From positions 11,830 to 75,829 of the IMG/VR virus record IMGVR_UViG_3300020185_000033: DNA of 64,000 bases; one strand, written 5' to 3'. The stretch comes from a virus. The translations under genes were made by a program, and so were the position numbers. Shown one piece after another: positions 50,946 through 59,951 of the stretch. The notes beneath the pieces are model-generated. The model searched no databases. It was given only the letters and a program-made list of their open reading frames with translations, and was not told the DNA's origin. Within the stretch, counting starts at the first letter, position 1, and the number at the start of each line of letters is the position of its first letter.

Positions 50946-51579
50946 TGTAGTATTTGTACACGGATCAGGTCAAAGCGGACTAAGTGTAAATTATCTTCAA
51001 GTATTCCTACCCGAGTGTAATCTATTAACCCTAGAGTATGCAGTTCAGGAAAATCCTGATGATATACTAGAACGCTTTGATAAAGAAGTTAACGACACGT
51101 TCGGTGAAGAACATTACCATATCATAGCACACAGTTATGGTTGCTTGTTGTCCACACTGTTAGCAGATAAAACAAAACGAGTTTTGACCATGGTGACCAT
51201 GAGTGCCCCATGGGGAGGAAGTCATACAGCACGTTGGATCTCAATGGTGTTTAGGCAAAGTAAGTTGTTTTCTAATGTCAAACCCAATAGCATGTTTTTA
51301 CAAGATATTCAGAAAATACAGTTAAGCATTCCTGTTGCTAATATCATAACAACAGGTTCAAAAGGTTCTGCAAATGATCTTGCTGGTTTAGGCAGTCAAC
51401 ATAACGATGGACTGCTCACAGTTGAGACGCAGAAAAAACTTCCCAGCAAGTTTATTTACGCAAAATCAATTGAGCTTCCTTTGAGCCACAATGAAGTGCT
51501 TTTGTCATTCGACACTATAAATATAATTAAGCAACACATATTTGGAGACACTAGTGGAACAGAATACTTCACTGAATAA
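50929..51579 (+). CDS. Alpha/beta-hydrolase (esterase/lipase-like)
   Basis: VFVHGSG oxyanion loop, IIAHSYG nucleophile elbow, SAPWGGS, NDGLL (Asp) and SHNEV (His). Confidence 0.85.
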   Translation: MPKLPNVVFVHGSGQSGLSVNYLQVFLPECNLLTLEYAVQENPDDILERFDKEVNDTFGEEHYHIIAHSYGCLLSTLLADKTKRVLTMVTMSAPWGGSHTARWISMVFRQSKLFSNVKPNSMFLQDIQKIQLSIPVANIITTGSKGSANDLAGLGSQHNDGLLTVETQKKLPSKFIYAKSIELPLSHNEVLLSFDTINIIKQHIFGDTSGTEYFTE

Positions 51580-51742
51580 TACACTTGAAGAAGAACTAAG
51601 AATTATGCTTGTTGAAAAAAATGAAGAGTGTAACGCACTTAAAGAACATATCAAAATGCTCAAACAAAATATCGCAGACGAGCAAGAACAAAAATACAGA
51701 GCATACGTTAAAATAGCAGATTTACAAAAAGTAAGAGCTTAA
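51554..51742 (+). CDS. Small coiled-coil protein
   Basis: GTG start after GGAGA and a heptad-rich sequence. Its TAA shares the TTAA at 51739-51742 with the stop of the convergent gp5-like gene. Confidence 0.6.
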   Translation: MEQNTSLNNTLEEELRIMLVEKNEECNALKEHIKMLKQNIADEQEQKYRAYVKIADLQKVRA

Positions 51743-54477
51743 AAACCTTTTTGGATTTTGTGCAATCGGTAAAGATATTGATTAATCTCGTCCCAGCCAT
51801 GGCCTCCTTTCATTATCGTTAATATGTCTGGACGCATCGAGTCTGGCGATGACCATAATTTACTTAAAGCAGTGCCTTGACTTTGGTATATAGTTTTATT
51901 ACCTGCTTCACTTGTCATTCTGATATTTCTAGCAATTTGGTCATACTGTCCAGCTTGAATAGACTTTAATACTGATGACTGATCAAATCTGCTTGGACCA
52001 AGCCGTTGTGTTAATATCGTTAATGCCATACCTTGTTGTACAGACATCGGTGACTTAGCACGATTGAATGCATACAGAGCCGATTGTTTTAAATCATTAT
52101 TCAGTAATTGTTTACTTGCTTCTTTACTCATGCCAGCCGCTGTTTGGTTTATGAATATAGGTTCCTTGTATCCACCACTTTCTGGAATAATAGCGTATGC
52201 GGAATCACCTGCTTTGAAATTGTTGCTTATATCACTTGCATTATAGATTCCTTGCGATGTTAAGTTTTGTCCCGGGCCTGCGTCTTTGATAATTGCTGAT
52301 ATGTCGGCGGCCGATATCTTCGACTTCCCGGTGTCGATTATTGTTGTTGCTGATGTTGGATCAAAGTTTTTGCCATCACCGAACATTATTGTGCCTGCTT
52401 GTTTTTCGGCATCGCCTATAACATGCTTATACCCGATTGCTGTTATATCTTTGTTTGGGAAGTTACCGTTCTCATCGACCATACTTGTTTCCGTCAATGA
52501 AGGTGATGTGGCACTAGCAAGTGCATCTGAACATCCTTGTAAGCCGCCGGTTGCCACAAGTTCTGACGCTAAGGCAGAGCCCGAAAGTGTATCGCTTTTA
52601 AGCAATGGTGCTTCTTTGTAATCTGGTACCATAGAACGTATTTGTCCTCCATCTACAATCTGTATACCACCACCGGCAACTACTTGTTCATTAGTGGCAT
52701 GTTTATCTGTGAGATAATCTTGCAAAGCCGGACCTTTAACTCCGTCATAGCCTACGCCTAAGTCAACAGTGCCGTCTGGATTAACAATAGTGTCTGGTCC
52801 TATTCGACCGTAGTCACTTGCACCCGGAGGATATGATCCTGCTGTAAATCCTTCTGAGTTAACAGCTTCGAAACCACTTGCAGTTTGAACTTGTGTGTCT
52901 GCAGTCTTGTGACCGAACCAAGGTTCTCTGGTTGTGATCATTGTGGTTGTTGAAGCAACTTTTATCTTTTTGCCTCTAGGGTCACTGAAATTACTTTCTG
53001 TACCTTGTGGTATTGATGCTGGCAAACTTGGGTCTGTTTGTCTTAATCCGCCACCTGGTAGTGGATTTCTAGTATCAACGTTTGTTGCGTCATAGTCCAC
53101 AACAGGAATACTCATAGGCTCGTCATGGAATATATTTACTGCTAGTGGTGTCACTGGAGTTGGCGCTTCTGCTGTGCCGCCTGAGCCACCGTCATTGAGG
53201 TGTACTGTCGACCCTTTAACAAAACTTTGACCTCCAGACACGACATGACCACTACCACCTGATGTTACAAATGTGTCTCCGCCTGACTTTATTACACTAT
53301 TCTGCGGTGTGGAACTTTCTATACCAGTGGCTCCGTACAACAATGTTTTACCTGCGGAGTTTGTGGATATAACACTACCGCCTTTTTTGGTTTCCATCTT
53401 AATTGCTGAGTTTGTTAATTGATTAATGCTGTTACCTGATTGTATGTAAACATCGCCACCAATTGGACCTTCCATCTTAGGATCTACTTCGTCGCCCTGG
53501 TCTTCCATTAGCCCTGCATTTATGTTTACTCTAATACCAGCATCTAAATTTAGCTCTTGGTCTGCTCTGATATTAATATTATTTGTGGATCTCATGTTTA
53601 TATCTTCATCGCTGAATATTTGTATGCTACCATCAGCTGATAATTCTACCCATGCTGTGCCTGGACTATTAATAACATAAACTAACTCGTTTGTATCGTC
53701 TATTAATATTTGTCCGCCGCCTGCTGTTCTCATTCTAATGTGACGTTGTCCTGCATTGTCGTCTAATACAAAACTATGGCCACCAAGTCTATTTGTGCCG
53801 TCTCGCTTGCCAGTGTCTAAGTTTACTTGTTCTGGCCCGGGTGTTAAGAAGCCAAATACTTGTGAGGGACTTTCACGTCTTGCCCCACTTGTTGTTGTTC
53901 CTCTAATAGGATCATTTATCAAGCCTTGATTAATTATTGGAATAGCAATAAACGGATTCAGTGGACGTTGTACATTTTTCCCGTGACTTTTGTTGTCATC
54001 ACCTCTATTCTTCTCTGCTACAGGCAATGGTACTTCAGTACCGAATGTTGGGCCTGCAGGATTACCGGGAACCATGTTCTGCATTTGATCAGGGAACATA
54101 CAACCGATTATAATTGGATTTTTCTTTTTGCCGTCGCCGAATATTACTAACACAAAATTGCCTGGATCAGGTGGAACCATCCACATGCCGTAGGTTTTCA
54201 TTGTGTCGCCGTGACTGTATTTATTTTTGCCTACTGCCGCACTCGGTGTTGTACCTGCGAAAGGACTGCTCCAAAAACAGTTAAAATATCCTCTTGGATC
54301 GTTTCTGTCTTTTGATAGCATAGGAATATATACTGGTATACGACCACTGTGGCTTTCATCTTTAGGTCTTACAATTACTTCACCTACGTAGATACCATGA
54401 TCCAAGTTTGCCTCTTCACGAGATTTATCTACTGGATTCTTTCTGTTTACTTTATATTCGTTTGCTTTGTAACCCAT
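51739..54477 (-). CDS. Baseplate hub/central spike protein (T4 gp5/VgrG-like) with a degenerate C-terminal lysozyme-like domain
   Basis: OB-fold-like GIYVGEV...GRIPVYIP...YGMWMVPPDPGNFVLVIF, beta-helix repeats GHSFVLDD...RMRTAGGGQILIDD..., and a C-terminal GH24-like segment. Confidence 0.8.
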   Translation of the reverse strand: MGYKANEYKVNRKNPVDKSREEANLDHGIYVGEVIVRPKDESHSGRIPVYIPMLSKDRNDPRGYFNCFWSSPFAGTTPSAAVGKNKYSHGDTMKTYGMWMVPPDPGNFVLVIFGDGKKKNPIIIGCMFPDQMQNMVPGNPAGPTFGTEVPLPVAEKNRGDDNKSHGKNVQRPLNPFIAIPIINQGLINDPIRGTTTSGARRESPSQVFGFLTPGPEQVNLDTGKRDGTNRLGGHSFVLDDNAGQRHIRMRTAGGGQILIDDTNELVYVINSPGTAWVELSADGSIQIFSDEDINMRSTNNINIRADQELNLDAGIRVNINAGLMEDQGDEVDPKMEGPIGGDVYIQSGNSINQLTNSAIKMETKKGGSVISTNSAGKTLLYGATGIESSTPQNSVIKSGGDTFVTSGGSGHVVSGGQSFVKGSTVHLNDGGSGGTAEAPTPVTPLAVNIFHDEPMSIPVVDYDATNVDTRNPLPGGGLRQTDPSLPASIPQGTESNFSDPRGKKIKVASTTTMITTREPWFGHKTADTQVQTASGFEAVNSEGFTAGSYPPGASDYGRIGPDTIVNPDGTVDLGVGYDGVKGPALQDYLTDKHATNEQVVAGGGIQIVDGGQIRSMVPDYKEAPLLKSDTLSGSALASELVATGGLQGCSDALASATSPSLTETSMVDENGNFPNKDITAIGYKHVIGDAEKQAGTIMFGDGKNFDPTSATTIIDTGKSKISAADISAIIKDAGPGQNLTSQGIYNASDISNNFKAGDSAYAIIPESGGYKEPIFINQTAAGMSKEASKQLLNNDLKQSALYAFNRAKSPMSVQQGMALTILTQRLGPSRFDQSSVLKSIQAGQYDQIARNIRMTSEAGNKTIYQSQGTALSKLWSSPDSMRPDILTIMKGGHGWDEINQYLYRLHKIQKGF

Positions 54478-54478
54478 T

Positions 54479-56884
54479 CTAGTTTCCTGTGATGTCTATC
54501 TTAGATAAACTAAGTGATGTCTGTTTAGGTGCTTTGGTCATTTCAATTTCAAATAAGCCTCCGCTAAAGCTGGCTTGTAGCCCGTATATTGCATATACAC
54601 CACTTATAAAAAATGCTGTACCTTGTCTTGTCATATAACCAGTGTTCTCATCTTCATCGTCCATATTTGGATCTCTAACACGTGGCGTCTGCATTGTAAA
54701 TAAAAAGTAGTTATCACTGCCGCCGAATACAGCATACTCATCTGTGGACTTGCTTTCTTCTTTTACTGCGCCTACATTTCCTGGATTACGCAAAGCTCTG
54801 GCTTCTGCATAAGTCATAGGTTTTCCTAAGTACCAAGGATCTCCTCGTACTTTTAAATTTAGGTCTACTAGAATACTAGCATCGTTTACGTTTTGATACA
54901 TATAGCCAAACAGTGTTGCACTTGCTGTACCATCGTTCGTTTGGTTTGAAGTTGCTACAATACTTCTACTGTATGAATATTTTGACCTAGGTGTCGTGTC
55001 TATGTCTTCTTTAGTTCTGTTTGCACTGTTCTTAAGTTGTTGTAGTGCTTGATTTCCAGACAGTTCTCCTATAACAGTTTGAGAGCCGCCATATGATTCT
55101 AACAAGTCTGCACCGTATAAGTATCCGCTTGCCTCAGGTTTGTATTTTTGTGCTTGTGGATTAGGAACTCCTCCTTCCATAGGGAAGTCTTCATTTCCTT
55201 GTTGTGTTTTTCTATAGCCCAATGGATCAGAACCTTGATTGTTTACATATAATATAGTTTCTGCTAGGTCATTCTTTCTGGCATCGTCTTTCATTATGTC
55301 TGCATATTCCCCGGAGGTTAATCCAAGTTCAGTCTGCACTCTAGCAGAAAAACTTGGGTCGCTTAGTGCGGCTTTTACACCTGACGGGTCTTGAACTTTC
55401 GCGGCAATTTCAGCATCTCTGTCTTTGCCGTCATAGTCTGTTGTAGCATCTTGATTCATTGTTGGGCTATTAGCATTCGTAGACATGTCGCCCATTGTGC
55501 CACCATTGGGCACAGCAAGTAATAATTGACCAGCGTCATATGAAATATCAGCACTTAGTACTTGATCATTCAGTCCTGTGTAAAGATAGTTGTATGCTTT
55601 CTTTATATTCATTTCTCTTACACGTTTTGTGGTCTGATCTTTATTAAGATTTTCTTGTGCCGCCGCTTCGGGCATATCTGCTTTATCATAAATTATAGGT
55701 TTAAAGATTATCTTCTTAGGATATTTGTTACGTTTAGTGTCAAATACTGCGGCGCCAGTGGCATCAAGTTCATGCGATATACTTGCCTCAATTTTATACC
55801 ACTTAGTAAATGTTTGTGCTAGATCGAAACCATCCTCATTAACGACAGGATCGTTAAACACTTTCTTTCTTGACGACTTGTCTAAAAACGAATCACACAT
55901 CACAAACAGTGTTGTAAAGAACTGGTTTAAGTCTGTGCCTTCTTTCATGTTTATATTCTGGTTTCCGAATATAGTAGTACCAGCTTCAACACCACCGTCA
56001 AAACTTTCCGGATCGTCTTCGAGTGCCTTTTTGTAATCGTCTAATGACTTAACACCTTTTTCTTGTGAGTTAATTAATCTGTTTACTTCTTCTGCCGCAT
56101 TAGCACCTGCTCTTGTTACAGTAAGTGAATCTAGTTGCTCTTTGACTTGTGATAAATCAAAAACAATCTCATCGTGTATGCCTTCTGCTTTTAAATTTTC
56201 TTCTCTAAAATTCTTTAGTTGGTCTTGTAGGTCAATTGTTAGTTCTTCAATGTCGTTACCTTGTACTTTTAAATCCTTTGGCAACTTAAAATATTCATCA
56301 GAATAAGCCACCTGTGATCCCACTGGGCACTCGAAATCGTAAGTACTGCCCGTACTATCAATTGATATACCAACTTTTGCAAGAACTAATTTATAAATGA
56401 AAGGTCCCCCAATCGGGCTTAACACATCGTCGAAACTTTGTACTGGCTTGCCTTGGTCATCGATGTCGTCTTCAACACTTGCTTCGTAACCTTTGAATTC
56501 TATTGCTAAAAATAGCGGGACATCTGCCCACATATATTCGTGACCTAGAGCCAACTTTGCGGCTTGTATTTGATCTAATAAATCTGCCGCGCCTGGTTGA
56601 AATAATTGAAAACTTGTGTTAACTGCTAACGCATTTCCTGTTTTAGGTGAACCAACTATCTCTATGTTTAGGTTGTCTATTTGCACACCTGTTACACCTG
56701 TTTGTGCAAGTACAACTGTGCGACCAGGTTCGGCGGCATATTGCCCTCTGAGCCATTCCTCTTCGCCTATCATGTACAGTTTAAGGTTGTAACTAGTATT
56801 TTCATAATGGTCAAGTATATTTCCCATTACTGCGTCTAGGTATACGTTTTCTACTGCCGCTTTTTTATCTTTTGTGTTTGCCAT
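54479..56884 (-). CDS. Baseplate hub/tail-associated protein (gp27/gpD-like position)
   Basis: NILDHYENTSYNLKL, KKAYNYLYTGLNDQVL, LKVRGDPWYL and SGVYAI...FSGGLF. It lies between the gp53-like and gp5-like genes. Confidence 0.6.
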   Translation of the reverse strand: MANTKDKKAAVENVYLDAVMGNILDHYENTSYNLKLYMIGEEEWLRGQYAAEPGRTVVLAQTGVTGVQIDNLNIEIVGSPKTGNALAVNTSFQLFQPGAADLLDQIQAAKLALGHEYMWADVPLFLAIEFKGYEASVEDDIDDQGKPVQSFDDVLSPIGGPFIYKLVLAKVGISIDSTGSTYDFECPVGSQVAYSDEYFKLPKDLKVQGNDIEELTIDLQDQLKNFREENLKAEGIHDEIVFDLSQVKEQLDSLTVTRAGANAAEEVNRLINSQEKGVKSLDDYKKALEDDPESFDGGVEAGTTIFGNQNINMKEGTDLNQFFTTLFVMCDSFLDKSSRKKVFNDPVVNEDGFDLAQTFTKWYKIEASISHELDATGAAVFDTKRNKYPKKIIFKPIIYDKADMPEAAAQENLNKDQTTKRVREMNIKKAYNYLYTGLNDQVLSADISYDAGQLLLAVPNGGTMGDMSTNANSPTMNQDATTDYDGKDRDAEIAAKVQDPSGVKAALSDPSFSARVQTELGLTSGEYADIMKDDARKNDLAETILYVNNQGSDPLGYRKTQQGNEDFPMEGGVPNPQAQKYKPEASGYLYGADLLESYGGSQTVIGELSGNQALQQLKNSANRTKEDIDTTPRSKYSYSRSIVATSNQTNDGTASATLFGYMYQNVNDASILVDLNLKVRGDPWYLGKPMTYAEARALRNPGNVGAVKEESKSTDEYAVFGGSDNYFLFTMQTPRVRDPNMDDEDENTGYMTRQGTAFFISGVYAIYGLQASFSGGLFEIEMTKAPKQTSLSLSKIDITGN

Positions 56885-57180
56885 TATCTGAGTCTGTCTA
56901 TTGCTGTAGTTGAAGGAATATAAATTTCTAATCCTGAAGTAAAATCTTCAAGCGGGTCTACTAATAAATCTGGATTTCTTAACGCAAACACCCACCATAA
57001 TTTAGTGGTACCAAATAAGTTATCAGACAAAAGATCTGGTCTTTTGTCAAACCTGCTTTCAATAGCATAGAGCTGATCAGCGGGTGACCCTGCGATTTTG
57101 GGTAGTGTGTTAACATCCAAATAAAACTTAGTTACTGGTGCACCTTTTAAGAAACTGTCGCTGTCATGAAAACTAGCCAT
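56884..57180 (-). CDS. Baseplate wedge protein (gp53/LysM-like)
   Basis: KRPDLLSDNLFGTTKLWWVFALRNPD...GLEIYIP is the gp53-type pattern. Confidence 0.8.
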   Translation of the reverse strand: MASFHDSDSFLKGAPVTKFYLDVNTLPKIAGSPADQLYAIESRFDKRPDLLSDNLFGTTKLWWVFALRNPDLLVDPLEDFTSGLEIYIPSTTAIDRLR

Positions 57181-57911
57181 TAGATAAATCCTTTATTAAA
57201 GTCTGCACCGCTTGTGAATGCATTTAAATCAAATCTACTTCTTAATTTCTTTTGCGTATACTGAGGTACCATTTCTATCATGATATCCGTCTCAGTAGGC
57301 ATGTAAGTCACTGTATTGCCCATAGTAGGGTGATTGTACTCAACTGGTACATAATCCACTCCGTCGGGTAATTGTATGTTAAAACTTCTAATAATAACTG
57401 GTACTTTGTTAAAGCCAAATGCACCCAGGTATTCAAAAATCATCACAGGAGGCGGAGTACCATAGTATCCTTGCTCTACTGCTGAGTCGCCATAGTAACC
57501 TTTTGTTATAGTTCTTAAAAAATGAAATATAGACAACAGGTATTGTGCTTCTTCTAGTGTGTTTGCTGTAAATTGTCCTTGTACAGGAAGTGTTGCAGGC
57601 TTACTGTTAATGTATGTATAGAACGGATAGTTAGAACCATGCTGACTGTGTTCGTCATAATCAACCGAGCCTTGCAAAAATACGTTTGGAGTATATGGGT
57701 ACACGATGCCACCGCGTTCTTTAAGAGGACTTAGGATACTGCTCTGATCGTCACCCTTATGATTTTTTGTGCCGTAGGCTTGATCTTCGCCTCCTCTTTT
57801 TGGTCGTATTCTTGCTCGCCAGTCAAAGTTTCCGATATCTTTTCTGCCGTCAGCAGTTTGACCAGGTGTTTGTCCTGAATCCGTGCCGTTTACTGTAATT
57901 GGTGGTGCCAT
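57180..57911 (-). CDS. Baseplate/tail-tube initiator-like protein (gp48/gp54-type)
   Basis: GIVYPYTP...HGSNYPFY...FLRTITK..YG...GTPPPV...FNKVPVIIRSFNIQLPDGVDY. The start at ATG 57911 follows AGGAG. Confidence 0.6.
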   Translation of the reverse strand: MAPPITVNGTDSGQTPGQTADGRKDIGNFDWRARIRPKRGGEDQAYGTKNHKGDDQSSILSPLKERGGIVYPYTPNVFLQGSVDYDEHSQHGSNYPFYTYINSKPATLPVQGQFTANTLEEAQYLLSIFHFLRTITKGYYGDSAVEQGYYGTPPPVMIFEYLGAFGFNKVPVIIRSFNIQLPDGVDYVPVEYNHPTMGNTVTYMPTETDIMIEMVPQYTQKKLRSRFDLNAFTSGADFNKGFI

Positions 57912-57928
57912 AATATCTCTCCTGCTAT

Positions 57929-57960
57929 TATTTATCATAATAAATAAAAACGTATTTTAA
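57929..57960 (-). promoter_or_regulatory. Putative late promoter, TTAAAA-N18-GATAAATA
   Basis: Minus strand reads ttaaaa tacgtttttatttattat gataaata atagc AGGAG at the head of the baseplate operon. Confidence 0.7.
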
Positions 57961-57984
57961 TTCTAATAACCTTTAGAATAAACA

Positions 57985-58012
57985 TTGACTTCTAGTAGAA
58001 TCTATGTATAAT
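57985..58012 (+). promoter_or_regulatory. Sigma70-type promoter
   Basis: TTGACT-N16-TATAAT upstream of the late sigma gene. Confidence 0.7.
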
Positions 58013-58047
58013 ACAATATAAACGAATTATAGTTTTGAGGAGACACA

Positions 58048-58923
58048 ATGACTACGACAGGCAGAAAAGTAAATTATCTTAACAATAAAGATATTTTAAA
58101 AGAAATTCACAAAAGTAAACTTAGTTACTGTTATGTAACTGACGACAAATACATACAGCAAGACATTATCCTAGATGATGTTACACAAATTAACAAAACA
58201 ACAATCAAACAGGCTCAAATAAACAAAGCACATGGCATGTCTAGGGCGGCATACGAAAAAGCCGTTAAAGAAGGCGATTGGGTTAAGAAGCCTAAGCAAA
58301 AAGAATTTGCGGTTGATCCTGATAGTTTAGCAGTCGATGATTTAGTTTTTAGAGTTATGGGCTACGATCATATACCGCTAGAGCCAGGCAGGAAGAAAAC
58401 AACAAAGACAATTGCTGATACAAAGGCAAAAGTAAACTTCCCACCGTTTAAGCATTATATTTTAGATAGTGCTGGAGCAAATCCCAGGGAAGTCGTAAGA
58501 AGTCATTGGGTAGGTGGTCTACACAATGGACACTTCAGTTGTACACACGGTACAATTACAAACGAACTAGGCAAGATGTTTATGAAACTTGTTGAGCGTT
58601 ACAGTCAGAGAGGTAACTGGAGAGGTTACACTTATGTTGATGAGATGCGTGGACAAGCACTTGTGCAACTTGCACAAATTGGTTTGCAGTTTAACGAAGC
58701 AAAATCTGATAACCCGTTTGCATATTATACTGCTACGGTTAATAACAGTTTCACAAGAGTGTTAAACTTAGAAAAACGCAACCAGACAATCAGAGACGAC
58801 ATTTTAATTGAGCAAGGACATTTACCAAGTTACGGCAGACAGATTGCACACGAAAACTCTTTAAGAGAAATGAGAGAAAGTGCAGAAGCTGAATTGGAAA
58901 ATACCGGTAATACAACTAAGTAG
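58048..58923 (+). CDS. Late-transcription sigma factor (T4 gp55-like)
   Basis: NYLNNKDILKEI, NWRGYTYVDEMRGQA and FNEAKSDNPFAYYT. It sits directly before gp47/gp46, as in T4-like phages. GAGGAG RBS. Confidence 0.85.
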   Translation: MTTTGRKVNYLNNKDILKEIHKSKLSYCYVTDDKYIQQDIILDDVTQINKTTIKQAQINKAHGMSRAAYEKAVKEGDWVKKPKQKEFAVDPDSLAVDDLVFRVMGYDHIPLEPGRKKTTKTIADTKAKVNFPPFKHYILDSAGANPREVVRSHWVGGLHNGHFSCTHGTITNELGKMFMKLVERYSQRGNWRGYTYVDEMRGQALVQLAQIGLQFNEAKSDNPFAYYTATVNNSFTRVLNLEKRNQTIRDDILIEQGHLPSYGRQIAHENSLREMRESAEAELENTGNTTK

Positions 58924-58931
58924 GTAATCAT

Positions 58932-59951
58932 ATGGCAAACCTTTTTGAAAGGGCCGCATGTTTTACAGATATACATTACGGCTTAAAACAAAACAGTAGA
59001 CAGCATCTTAAAGACTGTCACAACTATGTAGATTGGTTTATAGAAGAAGCAAAAGCACGAGACTGTGAGACTTGTATCTTCTTAGGTGATTGGCATCATC
59101 ACAGAGCAAGTATTAATATTGCTACTATGAATGCTACAATTAAAGATCTTAAAAAGTTAAACGACAACTTTAGTAAAGTTTATTTTATTACTGGTAATCA
59201 CGATTTATACTACAGAGAAAAACGTGACCTTAACAGTGTAGAGTTTGCTAGAGACTTAGAAAACTTTGTAATGGTAGATGAACACTTCTGTGAAGACGGT
59301 GTTGCTATCATTCCATGGTTAGTTGGCGACGAGCACAAAACACTTAACAAGTTAGATTGTAAGTATATGTTTGGTCATTTTGAGTTACCGTACTTTAAAA
59401 TGAATGCAATGGTAGAAATGCCAGACCATGGCGGTGTAAAAGCATCTGACTTGTCTAATCCAGAATATGTGTTTAGTGGTCACTTCCATAAACGTCAATA
59501 CAAAGGTAACATACATTATATAGGTAATGCATTTCCACACAACTATGCTGATGCACAAGACAACGAGCGTGGTGCTATGTTCTTAGAATGGGACAAAGAA
59601 CCTGTGTATGTCAATTGGGATCAGTGTCCTAAGTATGTAACTATGGGACTTAGAGAACTACTCGAAGCACCAGATAAATTTTTAGATGATACAACACATG
59701 CTAGGATTAAACTAGATGTTGCTATCAGTTACGAAGAAGCAAACTTCTTAAGAGAAACATTTGCTGAAAAATATAATGTTAGAGAACTTCAACTTATTGT
59801 TGTAAAAGAAGAAGATGAGGTTTTTGACGGAGAAGAAATTAACTTTGAGAGTGTTGACCAAATTGTAATTAGTCAATTAGAAACAATTGAGAGTCAACTG
59901 GTAGACACGAATAGATTAATTGAGATTTACAGGGATATAGAAATTGCTTAA
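58932..59951 (+). CDS. Recombination endonuclease subunit (T4 gp47 / Mre11 / SbcD-like)
   Basis: Metallophosphoesterase motifs DIH, LGDWHH, GNHD, GHFE and SGHFH. Confidence 0.93.
   Translation: MANLFERAACFTDIHYGLKQNSRQHLKDCHNYVDWFIEEAKARDCETCIFLGDWHHHRASINIATMNATIKDLKKLNDNFSKVYFITGNHDLYYREKRDLNSVEFARDLENFVMVDEHFCEDGVAIIPWLVGDEHKTLNKLDCKYMFGHFELPYFKMNAMVEMPDHGGVKASDLSNPEYVFSGHFHKRQYKGNIHYIGNAFPHNYADAQDNERGAMFLEWDKEPVYVNWDQCPKYVTMGLRELLEAPDKFLDDTTHARIKLDVAISYEEANFLRETFAEKYNVRELQLIVVKEEDEVFDGEEINFESVDQIVISQLETIESQLVDTNRLIEIYRDIEIA

Noticed and set aside
231-56036. Dozens of 60-200 aa plus-strand ORFs (and a few minus-strand ones) nested in long genes
   Set aside because: They are antisense or off-frame shadows of motif-bearing genes, with no ribosome-binding sites or recognisable domains.
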